Shown here in pieces: positions 38,069-50,072 of a DNA stretch of 64,000 nt. Position 1 is the stretch's first letter; every line of letters starts with the position of its first letter. Source of the DNA: Callorhinchus milii (taxonomy: Eukaryota); assembly GCF_018977255.1 (NCBI RefSeq), contig NW_024704742.1:82214001-82278000 (forward strand). Direction: 5' to 3'. The notes below the pieces were generated by a model that saw nothing but the letters and a program-made list of their open reading frames with translations, was not told the DNA's origin and ran no database searches. A program made the position numbers and the translations under genes.

Positions 38069-40206
38069 AGTGTGTGAATGGACTTGTAAAGTGATTTAAG
38101 GATCTAAGCTGGCACCATCTAGAGTCAATGAATGGAAGTGAATGAGTTACTTGCTGTGTAGAAGAGAAGGAACACTGAAGGGCAAGCCAATATTACACCT
38201 CTCAACAATGTCCAGGATTTCACATTTTGCCTTTGTCTTGGAAAAGGAAAACACTTTAATGTGCCCACATAAATACATAGTCACCACACTTTGCAGTGAC
38301 TCCTGTGAAGTGCTTTGAGATGCTCCTCTTCATAATTTATTATATCAATAATTATTATTATTTATTATTAATAATATATAATGTAATACTTGATAAACCA
38401 CCAGAAGCTGAATGTTAAAACAAATTAAAATTTAGCAGAATTTTGAAACAAATCTTACATTTATTCTTAAAATGAACTGAATTTAAATTTTTTCCTAATT
38501 CTACATGAAGATAAAATGTAAGGCAGTTGTCTTACGGTAGAATTCCAGGCCTTGTATTTGAGGAAGAGGAAGAGTTTGTTGACCCTCACCTGTTCCTGGA
38601 TTGATTTCCTATTAAGCTGAAGGATCTAAGGAACCTCTGAGACCTCAGCATCATTTTCTCTTTCTCTCTCTCTCTCGATATCTATGACTGAGGATCCATG
38701 CTCTCTCTCTCTCCCTCTGAGCATCCTCTCTCTCCCTCCCTTAGTATCTACTGTCTCTCTCTTCTTGCCTGCCTGAGCATTCTCTTTCTGTACCCAAAAA
38801 AGAAAGAATGTTTTTACAACACTGCAGTATGTATGTACACTATAAACGCCAAAGGAGTCACTGTATCTTTACTGCTTCAGGCTGGCTCCGTTGCTGCTCC
38901 AGACCATAAGCAAACATAAGCATCTCCTGAAACTCTTCCCCAGCCCAAGACTTACAACTTTCACATTTGTAACACTGTTCTGTGCCTTGTGATTTTTTTT
39001 CCCCTTTGAAAAATGATTGTTGTTGATCATCAAAGAGAAAATAACAAACGACTAAGCAGTGTATGGCTGGCAGCAGCCAGAGTCAATTTGTGTAAGCAGA
39101 TTTTCCTAATTCCCAGTTCCATCTGCATTTGCTAGTGTTCCATGTTAATATCCAATAGGTTTTAAGCAAACAAAGCGATGGCATAGGAATTATATTTCAC
39201 AATACTGAAAACAAGATGTAAGAATTGTTTGCCCAGTTTCTATGGAATAAAGCGGAAAATCGCTTGCTCTAGAGAGGAAAATGAATCCCCGAATGAATGG
39301 CCTGCTTAGCTATACTGCTATGAATCTCTGTTCGTGTTATATTTTTATTCTCTTGAATACTTAGTCCTCCTCTCCTTCCCCCCCCCCCCCCACCCCCACC
39401 CCCACCAATACCCACAAACTGAGACCCACACACACTGAAGAGGCAGTCAGAGAAGCTCAGTATAATATACTTATTGGCTATGACCTACATAAAACAAAGC
39501 TGAGCTTTTCTTGCCATCAGCTTTCAGAAGGGTTTCTGGCGAACTCACAAAATGCACAGCACGACGGTTTAGATTTTACTCCTGTTACTGTGAGAATTCC
39601 TGGAACACTCACATATCAGCAACATCAGAACATTAATACACACACTCTTATATGCCCAGTGAAGGGAAGAAAATCCACCATCGTTTGGATTTACGATGTT
39701 GAGGTACCCTTTCAGAGTGAAGAATTTGACAAATTGTTAAATTCAGTTTTAAGTGTGAAACTGATTTTATTGTAGAATCATTAAAAGAGCTTCAAGAAAA
39801 CTCACTTAAAAATTAAGGCTGTGTTTAAGTGTTTGCCAAATAAACTTGTTCATTCATTTCATGGCTGTTTGTGGGACTTTATTAGGCAAAACTGAATGCT
39901 ACATTTGCCTACAAATATGTAGTATGATGCTGTGAAGCACTATAAGACATCTCAAGAAGCAAGATCAAATGCAGGGATTATTACAACAACTTGCCTTTAC
40001 ACAAGATGGCATCTTGGAGTGCTATTATACAATTATAAAGTAAATCCAGACCAGGGTAAAATATTACCCCTTTAAGTCTTCTTGCAGTAGTCGATGAACT
40101 GAACATAATGGGAAATAAACATATGGGAAATAAAAATTGGATATCTGAAAGAGAAAACTAACTAATATTTTAGGTAGGACCCTTCATTGGAAGTTGTAAA
40201 GAGCGT

Positions 40207-40525
40207 TAATAATAATAATAATGATCCTTGCATTTGATATAGTGCTTTTCACGTCGGGAGGACGTCCAAAAGCGCTTCACAGAACACACTGTAAAGTGAA
40301 TTGACTGTATATTTGTGGGCAAACGCGGCAGCCAATTGCGCACAGCAATGTCCCACAAACAGTCGTAGATTGAAAATGACCAATTTATTATTGTTTTGGT
40401 TTTGGAGGGATTATTATCAGGTGTGTGGAGTAAGGAAACTTGCCCAAGGTTTCTCCCTGCCTGGAATTGAACTCAGGTCTCTCGCTTGCACAGCGAGTGC
40501 TCTAACCACTGAGCTACAGGACTCC
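40207..40525 (-). mobile_element. Full-length young SINE
   Basis: Reverse complement of the family consensus. Confidence 0.95.
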
Positions 40526-40571
40526 ACAAAATTTTGCCTACAAAATACACAGTCACTAAACCTAACAGTAA

Positions 40572-41365
40572 CAACAACAACAACAAGATTGCATTTATAG
40601 AGCGCCTTTCACGTCGGGAGGATGTCCAAAGGTGCTGGACAGTTGGGTCGGGACCCCAGCAGGGGGGAAATGGTCAGGGTGAGGGGAGGGAAGGGAGGGA
40701 GCGAGGAGGGGGTAGAGAGTCGAGAGGGGAGTTGAAGGCACGGTCAAGGAGAAAGGTCTTGAGACCGGCCTTGAAGGAGGAAAGGGAGGAGGCGGCGAAG
40801 GCACTGGGGGATAGAGTTCCAGAGCCTCGGGGCTGAGAGGCAGAAGGCCCGGCCACCGATGGTAGGGCGGTTGGGGTGGGGGATGTGGAGCCATAGGAAC
40901 GGAGGGTACGGGCAGGTAGGTAGGGGGATAGTAGGTTGGAGAGGTAGGAGGGAGCAAGGCCGTGCCTTGTAGGTGAGGATGAGGATCTTGAATTCGATCC
41001 TCTGGGGGATGGGGAGCCAGTGGAGGCGAGCGAGGGTGGGAGTGATGTGGTCCCGAAGCCTGGTGCGGGACAGTACACGAGCTGCAGAGTTCTGAATGAC
41101 CTGCAGCTTGTGGAGGGAGGTGCCGGGAAGGCCGGCGAGGAGAGAGTTCCCATAGTCCAGCCTTGAGGTGATAAAGGCGTGGACCAGGGTTTCAGCAGCG
41201 TGAGGGTTGAGGTAGTGCCGTAGTCTGGCGATGTTCCGGAGGTGGTGGAAGGCGGTGCCAGTTGTGGTGCGGATATGAGGGAGAAAGGACAGCTCAGGGT
41301 CGAACAGAACCCCGAGGTTCCTGATTGGCTTTGAGAGGTGGAGAGTGCAGCCTTGGATGCTGATG
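40572..41365 (-). mobile_element. Young 5'-truncated L2 with 6-bp TSD
   Basis: ORF 40744..41415 L2 C-terminus (RNLGVLFD..SRLDYGNSLL), CpG-rich; cagtaa at 40566-40571 and 41366-41371. Confidence 0.95.
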
Positions 41366-41978
41366 CAGTAAATCTTGTCACCTGCTTTGAAATGTACCCC
41401 TGATGTCAAAGGCACTATATCAAACGTAAGGATTATTATACTATTATTGTTTCAAATAAATATATTTGTATAGTAAATAACTGGCAAGTTGGTGGTGAAT
41501 TTACCAATGTAAATGAGTTGAACAGGGTGATGAGGGGTAAATCACATCAGGAGGATGTCACAATGTGCTTCACAGGAGTTTATGTAAAGTGTTGTGACTG
41601 TATATCTTTTTGCCAAACAAGGCAGACAAATTGTGTGCAGCAAAATCTCATCTACAACTACGAAAGTGTTTTGCCTTATTAGGAACAGAGTCTACCAATG
41701 ATTTAGTTGAACTATATCCTGCCTTAAATCTGTCAGAAGTTGCTCAATAATTCTGATGGATAAATTTGTAATACAGTATTGATCAGTGGTTTGCTCAACA
41801 GCCCAGCCTGATTTGCTAAACAGTGAAAGTCCTGAGTATAGCATGTGTGTGGTCGTTCACCTTCATTCTCATATCCTCCACACACTGAAGGGTTAGGTCC
41901 AGTTAGACTATTGGGAATGCCATACAGACACTTCCCCTTTACACTTCCTGTTACATACTAATAACCGTTTATAAGCCC

Positions 41979-42118
41979 AAAACACAAAATACTGCAAATG
42001 CTGGAAATCTGAAACAAAAACAGAGAGAGCTGGGAAAATTCAACAGGTCAGGCAGCATCTGTGGAGAAAGGAAAGTGATTCAACGTTTCGGGTTCACGAC
42101 TCTTCATCAGAAGCCCTT
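41979..42118 (-). mobile_element. 140-bp Penelope-derived non-autonomous element with hammerhead motif and 13-bp TSD
   Basis: Homologous to 37436-37540; CUGAUGA..GAAACGUU on minus; cgtttataagccc at 41966-41978 and 42119-42131. Confidence 0.8.
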
Positions 42119-42224
42119 CGTTTATAAGCCCGATTAGTATGATAGAGGAGAACAGTCTTATTCTCCTCAAAACAGCCACAAAATTATATAGGGACCTTTG
42201 AGCAGGCATTTAAACTATAAGAAG

Positions 42225-42980
42225 GGCTGTCTAGTGGATGTAATTTTCTTCGCTTTTCAGAAGGTGTTCTGTATAGTTCCACATGTAAGACGTTTACAGA
42301 GGTTTGAAGCTCATAGAGTTAAATGGCAAATTAGCTGAAGGGATAGAAACCTGGCAACACAAGGCAGAAAGTGACAGTACATTGGAAAAGCTCATCCTGG
42401 AGCAGGTAACAAGTTGATTTGCACAAGTGCTTTTTCTGGTATCCTGCTCTTTCCATGAACATCCAACAAACATAACTTGGAGGAGAACACTTCTCACTGT
42501 ATCGTAACATTTGCTGATGAAATCTAGCTGGGTAAACCACTGAATAGTATAAGAAAAACAAACAGGGTTCAAGGCCATCTGGACCATCAAGCATATGGGA
42601 CAAGGAGTGGCAGATGGATTTTAATATAGATAAATGTTTGGCAATGCACATTGGAAGAATAAGTGTATGCATTGAAGAGCTGTCTATTAGTTGAGGTGAA
42701 GAAGGGAAAATATTTTTGTGTGATTATTGATCACTTTCAGGAGGTTTACACGTAAAGTGAAGTTGCTGTCAACAAAGCTAATCAATTGCACAGCGCCTCT
42801 CAGAGGCACTAGTCAATCAAACTTTAAATTGAAGGAGGTTAATCTAACCTTGTATAGATCACTGATTTAGATTGTTTGGTGCAATTATGAGCACCTTACC
42901 TTCAGAATGAATCTGAAGCATTGAAAATGTTCATATACAAACAAATCACAATGATTACAGGTCTCAGAGCTACAAGTTAT
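42225..42980 (+). mobile_element. Very old CR1 RT fragment
   Basis: Degenerate VDVIF..FQK.F..VPH, FADE..LG, WQMDFN.DKC motifs. Confidence 0.7.
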
Positions 42981-43627
42981 ATAATAATTAATAATCCTTA
43001 CATTTATATAACACGTTCACATAAGGAGGATGTCCCAAAGTGCTTCATGGGATATACTGTAAAGTGCAGTGACTATGTGTTTTGGATTGCAAATTGAGCT
43101 TGCATATGGAGAGGTTTGAACATTTGAGTTTGAATGAGAGGAGGTTTCATTCTGATCCTGATTAGACTAAATGCACAGATGATGTACATGTATGAAGGCA
43201 TTTTGACTTGTACCATAAGAGCAGAACAGTAAAGGGCAAAGTTCAACCTTAAAAGGTTGTGGAAAGGACTGGATATTGGAAAAATAGTTTTCCCCAATAA
43301 GTATGTTAACCAGGCTCCCAAAAGATTAACGCCTTCAAAAATAAACTGACCATAAATTTCCATTAGAACAGTATTGAATTAAACAGGGATAGGTGCAGAC
43401 TGAGGTGACACATAATCCAGAGGATCCAACACATTCTCTCTGCTTGGTCTAGGGGAGAGAACCAATGTTGTCTTCAGAGTGTATGAAGCCTGGATTGAAT
43501 TTTGGGGATGTGGGGGTGGATGAATAGTCTGGACTGTTGCTTCCCTAAACTTTGGGGATCAAATGATATCAATGCAGAAGTCTTCCCTCCAAATTGACAA
43601 AAAGAGGGCAATTGTTGGCAAAATCTG

Positions 43628-43932
43628 ATAACAACAACACCAAATTGAATTTATATAGCGTTTTTCGCATTAAAAGGACATCCTAAGGCATTGGGCAGTC
43701 AAGGGTTTGAACCTGAGCTGTGGACTGGAGTCAAGAGGAGTGGAGGGCAAGTAGTGGTGGTGGTGGGACGATGACCAAAGGTGTGGTCAAAGAGAAAGAC
43801 CTTGAGATGGGCCTTAAAGGAGGTAAGGGAGAGGGCAAGGTGGAGAGGTTCTGGGATGGAGATCCAGAGGATGGGTGCAGAAAGGTTCAAGGCCCTACCT
43901 CTGATGGTGGAGCTGGCAGGGTGGGGAATACT
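43628..43932 (-). mobile_element. L2 3' end
   Basis: FKAHLK..LFD motif and L2 tail. Confidence 0.8.
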
Positions 43933-44164
43933 AAAGAAATTGGTTTGAAAATTATTGCAATCAGAATGAATTCAAGTTCCTCATGTCGATCATCTTGTTT
44001 TCCCAAAAAATACAGTCACTACACTTTACAGTTAATTATGTGAAGCACTTTGAGATGCCCTCCAAATGTGAAAGGCACTGTATCACATGCAAGGATCATT
44101 CCTATTATTATTAATAAGGTTAAAGTGTTTTTCTTATCGGCCATTGACAAACAGCTTTAATGTA

Positions 44165-44405
44165 GGGTCAATTGTTCGGTCAGTTGGATGTCTGATTCAT
44201 GCAGAAACCTATCACCATGCTTAAGAGTATCTAAACCAGAGTTCCACATATGTATTGCCACCGACACATGGTAATTTCCCCATGTCTGGAATGTACACTA
44301 GAGGAACACACATTGCTTTCCTAATTTCAGAAAATATTAAGCACAGGCTGGTGAGAGCCAAGCCTTGAGGCCTCCAGAGTGTAACTTGGACTACCACTGG
44401 AGTCT
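44165..44405 (+). repeat. Unclassified ~250-bp repeat (copy 3)
   Basis: accatgcttaagagtatctaaacca..acacatggtaattt..gagagccaagcc..ccagagtgt matches copies 1 and 2. Confidence 0.7.
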
Positions 44406-46104
44406 AATTATTGCTCTATAAAAGAGCAAATAAAATAACAAGTACTAGCATAAATTTTAATAAAGTCAATTGTTGCAATGAAAAACAATCTTACACCTCC
44501 AAACGTTTTATACAATTATGCTAACTATTGGAGATAATTTAGTAATTCAGTCAATACAATTTTACTCATGAGATTGACATAATACTCAAAGTTAAATGCA
44601 GGAGAGCATCACACTCCAAGTTCCTTCTCAGACATAGCATGGAAAAAGTTACTGTAACTTGTAACTTTCTAGACTTCTAGTAAAAAAGGCACACAAGGGA
44701 GTTTTATTATTTTCTGTCCTCGCACATTTAACTGAGGTTAAAGGACAGCATTGCATGCAAAACGAGTTGTTTGACAGGTACATGATGTGCAGATGCTGTG
44801 CTGAATGGCAACTATTTACTTATGTTGATTTAAGGAAATGTATTGTATGGAATTGTCAAGATTTACAGCAAAGACAATAAGGACAAAAGTGTCGTCACCT
44901 TATTATTGACATGGTCTTTACAGCATGACTTCTTCAGTTCCCCAAGGTGCACCAGATAGCTTGGAAATGTTCTTATTAATTCACAAGGTCTCGACACATT
45001 TGTAATTTATGATTTGTATTTAGATAAGGGTAAGCAGACTGATGTGAGGCCTTCATCATTCATGCTATATAAGGACAGAAAATAAATGTGGTTTGTCCCT
45101 TGACTGTGACAGAATTACCTCTCTAAAAGGAATTGACTGACCTTTGAATGTCACCAAAAATGCCTAATGGAAACGGAAATGAAAAAAGTATGGTTATCAG
45201 ATGTTGTCGCCAGATCATATTTTATAAGCAAATGTCACTCAATGAAGTATTGACACTGAAATCTCACCTAATTTACTAACCAAGGCAGTGGTAGTCACAT
45301 TACTAACATAAAGAACAGATGGGAGATCTAATGCATCTTAAAATTATTTCTTCAAACGTTTATTTATTATGCACTGTTCATAGTGTTGATTTAAGCATTA
45401 AAACTAAGCCAATACAAATCACCTTGCTGTCTGTGCAGTGCTGTAAGTGGGGGAGAGAGTCGGCCCTATCTGATATATTGCTATGCTCTGCACTTTGTGC
45501 ACTAGCAATTTTTCTTTAGGATAAGAATCTGTTTTCAAACTTAGTGCTCATTGAGCATTGCACCAGCTGCTGCACTAAACCCCGTTCACCTCAGCTGCGG
45601 CTTGCAATTTCTAAAAATATTACCATTGGCAGATACATTTTTAAAAAAATAACTCCACCAACCAACTTTAATTTTGCACTGAGGTAACGTCTCTTATGTA
45701 GAATAAATGTTTCGAAGCTCTTAAGCATTGTGGATCAGGTTATTTGGTTTGAGACAAATTGACCTAAAGCCATTAAACGTGGAGCCAGAAAGCAACTTTA
45801 ATGACCCTCTTTCCCAGTGGTAATTTAACTCCAGTTTCAAAAATTAATATTGATTAAGTCTCTTCGACCAATACAACACATAAAAGCATCTGGATTCATG
45901 CTATTCATTTCTTTATTTAGTCCTGTACAAGTTACGTACTATTAAGCTTGAAAAGCTTCCAATGTTGTACGAAGCAGGAGTTTCCCATCTTCATCATATC
46001 CCTATTCAATTTCTAAGAATTATCTCGAACCTTCCTTGTTTTTCAAGCTTCCTTCACGCTGTGGAAGTGTTACATTGATAAGACCCCCAATTAACCATCT
46101 CCTC

Positions 46105-46225
46105 AAAAGGCAAAATACTGCAGATGCTGGAAATCTGAAATATAAACACTCAGCAGGTCAGATAGCATCTATGCTGAGAGGAAAGGGAGTTAACGATTCA
46201 GGTCAAAACATTAACTCACGTTAAC
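46105..46225 (-). mobile_element. Penelope-like terminal repeat remnant
   Basis: caaaatactgcagatgctggaaatctgaaa..ctcagcaggtca..gagttaacg matches 41979-42090; hammerhead core lost. Confidence 0.75.
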
Positions 46226-46472
46226 CTTCTCCTGACTGAATTTCCTCTGATTTATCTTCACTCTATCTTCCTTCTCCCTTAAATGCATAAAGCTTCCTGT
46301 AGTTGAGCTTCCTCTAGTTGGACGACCCTTCAAATCATCTTCACCACTGAAAGCATTTCATTGATACAGCAGGTGCCTACTTCCTCCACTTTGCAGTTCA
46401 ACACTTTCAAATGAAACCGTGCAAGCATGAAACTGTGGAGTGGTCACAAATTAATAATATAAAATATTAATA

Positions 46473-46700
46473 TAATAATAATCCTTGCATTTGTTACAGC
46501 CTTGATCATGTTGTCGAGATGTCTTAAAGTGCTTCACAGGATAAAGTGTAGTGTTTGTGGATTTTGTGGGCAAATGCAACTGCTAATTTGCACACAGCAT
46601 TGTCCCACAAACAGCAATGTAGTGAGTAGCGAATTTTATGTGGAAGATTGTTGACCAGGTCTTTGGGAGAAATAACCTCTTTTTGAATAGTGCCATAGAA
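46473..46700 (-). mobile_element. DeuSINE 3' part
   Basis: Tail, body and aatagtgccat. Confidence 0.8.
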
Positions 46701-48053
46701 TCACTGTCAAGAGCTTGTAGCATGACTACAAATATACTGTTCTATCTGTTTTGGTACAATACATGCCTTGACCTTGAAACCCCCTTTTTAAAAGGTTTAA
46801 TAGGAAAACTTTGTTTCTGGATCAATCCAGGAATAACTTATTACAGCTTTGACCTTGATCCACACACAGCTCCAAAATTCTAATGGTCAAATGGCAACCT
46901 GCCCTCAGAAATGTAAACATTAAAAATTGTTTTCTTGAAACCATTTAGTTACCCTTCACAAAGTGCATCAAATTGCTTTGATGCAACCTTGAGAGAATGA
47001 ACAGCATATGTGTTAACACATTTTTGTTTCCTTCTCTTCGATCGAGTTCTGTTCAAAATGGAAAATACAAATCCAGCAAAAGCTTTTATTCAGCCTGTGG
47101 GAAATTTAATCATTTTCCCCTCGTTTCACATTAGATTTCTGTATGTCATACTACCATGAAGCTTCCAGTATGTAATGTTCTGGATAACTTTCATTAGGCC
47201 TGCACAAATATATATGATTGCTCAAGCTTTAAAAACTTGAATCCCAGCACACCCTGTGAGAGTTCCTAAACCCTAAAGAACAAGTTATACAATGTTACAC
47301 AGCAATAATGCAAACAGACCTTGTGGAAGTCTATGTACATTGATACATTCAGCAGAATAGCAATTTATTTTAAAAATTGAGAAAGTTGGATGATAATTTG
47401 CCAGAACCAAAATTCAGGAGACCGACAAAAAGTAGAAAAGAGGATGAGATAAAGTAATACTAATAACAACAATTCTTGCATTTGATAAATTAACCTGGCT
47501 TTTGGCCACTCAATGAACAGTGGCCCTCCTGAAGTCTCTCTGCCTCTCTCCCTCCTCCCTCCCCACTTTTAAAGCCTCCCTTAAGATCTTTTCTTTTGAC
47601 TGTGCTTTTGATCACCTTTCCCTCCATCTTTCCTCAGCTTTTCAGACCCCAGTTGGCTACGTGAAGTACTTTGAGACAAACAAATTATATAAATGTACAA
47701 TTGTGAATGTTGTTTTACGAATATTGCACATTAGGCTACTTTGGATATTCCACCAAAACTCACAATCACCTTGTAATATCCTGTGCAAACATTTCATGGG
47801 AGAGGATAAAGACTTTCAAGGGGCCTTTTTTGATTGGAGGATGAGTTGGTTCACTAGAACTGAATTTATACCTCCATGGGGAACATACACCAGTTATAAA
47901 AATCATTTTAGGACGTCCTCCTGATGTGAAGGGAGCTATATAAATGTAAATGTGTATTGTATTATAAATAGCTAAAGGATTGAATTGCTCAGATATGATG
48001 ACATAACTCAAGCAATAAGTTCTTTGCACACACTACTAAATTTATAATAAAAG

Positions 48054-48447
48054 TACTAATCCTTGCATTTGATATAGTGTTGCATCATGTCATCGAGATA
48101 TCTCCCTTCCCAGGATATTTGTAAATGTGTACATTTTGTGGGCGAACGGGGCAGCCAATTTGCATATAACAGAGACCAATAAATAGCTATGGAGTGCAAG
48201 AGCAATTGTTTTCAGGGGATTTTTGGCCAGGACACCAGGAGAAGCTCCTTCCTGTTTTGAAATAGTGCCTTGGGATCTTTAATGTTTGCCTTAACAGTGA
48301 ACAGGACCTTAGTTTAATGTCCCATCCAAAGGACAGTACCTCCAACAATGCAGTGTTCCCCTCAGTACTGCCCTGGGGTGTCAGGATTCATATGGTTCTC
48401 CAAGTTCCACAACCTTCTGACTCAACTACCAATTGAGATAACCGACA
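48054..48447 (-). mobile_element. Old DeuSINE, near full length
   Basis: Tail, Deu domain and head remnant cacaaccttctgactc. Confidence 0.85.
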
Positions 48448-49292
48448 TACAGTGACAATTCCTTCACGTTAATTTTGAAGTGGATCTTCAGTGGATGGAC
48501 CACAAAATTTTAAGGAAGCAGTTTCATTTAAGTGCCAATTGTCATTTGTGAGTTGAAAAAGCTCTCTTCAGTACCCAGCCAGTGCTACTTCAGAATAAAA
48601 TATCATATAAATGTAATATATAAATTACAATATAAAATGAATTATAAATTGTGCAACCTGCTTAAAATAGCTTCGGATAAATTGGGCACAGCTTTCTATG
48701 TTTGCATGTGCATAGTACACTGGGGAAGAATTATCCATATTTGTCATTCACCAAACCCAAGAGAAGTGAGAAATTTTAGCCCTTCTTTCCAGCCACACTC
48801 CCCCAATCCATAAGTTGGAAATAGTTATAGCCTCAGAATTGCAAGCGTGTGAAACATCTGCTTGTTCAGAATGATTTATGACTATCTATTCCCTAGTTCC
48901 TATGCTACTTGCTTGTGTGAAAGTTAATATGTACGCAGTACATATAATGACATTATTGTAGATCATAGATGGACCTTGGCAACTGGTGTGACCAGGTGAA
49001 ATGTTCCCAGCGGAGTCGTTTGCTTGTTGCAGCTTGAGAGATGGAGACAAAAAAAACTGCCTAAATCAGTTATATATTAAGCCCAAAACATAAAGCTGCC
49101 TTTTTCTTATACTGATAGACACGGTGTGCATTTTCTATTTTATTTTAGATCTGATTGATTCTAGTTCAAGGTCTTCATGCTGGATCAAGAAATTTAAGAC
49201 TACTTTCAGCACCTTTGTGAGAAACTTTTTCAATGCAATTAAACAAATGGAGAGATTACGAGAATTCTTTTAAGATTTCTTTCTCACACACA

Positions 49293-49890
49293 GACAACAA
49301 CAACAAAAAAATTATGCTTATAGAGCGCCTTTCACGTTGGGAAGACATCCCAAGGCACTGGACAGTCAGGGGTCAGGACCCGAGCATGGGGGAGGGGTTA
49401 GGTAGGGATGAGGGAAGGCAGAGAGGTGGGAGGGCGACCGAAGGCACGATTGAAGAGCAGGGTCTTGACATTGGCTTTGAAAGGAGGCAAGGGAGGAAGC
49501 GAGGCGAAGGGACGTGAGATGAAGTTCCAGAGTGTGGGGGCAAAGAGGCCACCGATGGTAGGGCAGGTCAGGTGGGAGATGGCCAGTAGCTGGAAATCTG
49601 TGTTGGGTTAAGGGAAGGTTTCTTCAAGGTGGGGGTGATAGTGGCCATTTTGAGGGGTGTAGGAACAGTGTTAGATGACAGGGAGAGGTTGATGATGTCG
49701 GCGAGTAGCGGGGCAAAGAGGTGGAGCTGGGATTTAAGGAGAGGGGTGGGGATGGGTTCCAGGGAGCAGGTGGTGGGCTTCATAAAGAATATGGTGGTGA
49801 TGATAGAGGAGGGGGTGGCAGGTTCAAATGGAAGGAGGGATGGGTAATGTGGGGGTTGTAGGGAAAGGGTGGAAGTTTGAGGTATTGTTT
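49293..49890 (-). mobile_element. L2 with internal deletion
   Basis: 3' tail region fused near 49570 to a pre-RT segment (MKPTTCSLEPIPT..IINLSL..TPTLKKPSL). Confidence 0.85.
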
Positions 49891-49904
49891 GAGGCAGAAT
49901 CCAT

Positions 49905-50072
49905 AATAGCTTTCAAATGGGAACTAGATAGATATATTTAAAAAATAGGAGTAAACTGCAGGGGTATGGGGAAAGGGTGCATAAATGGAACTGAAACAAT
50001 AGCTCTTAAAAACTGTCAGCACCAATATGATGGGTCGAATGGCCTTCTTCTGTATTGTAAATTTCGATAGTT
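49905..50072 (+). mobile_element. CR1 3' end
   Basis: FKWELDR..QGYGE and gatgggtcgaatggcct motif. Confidence 0.8.
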
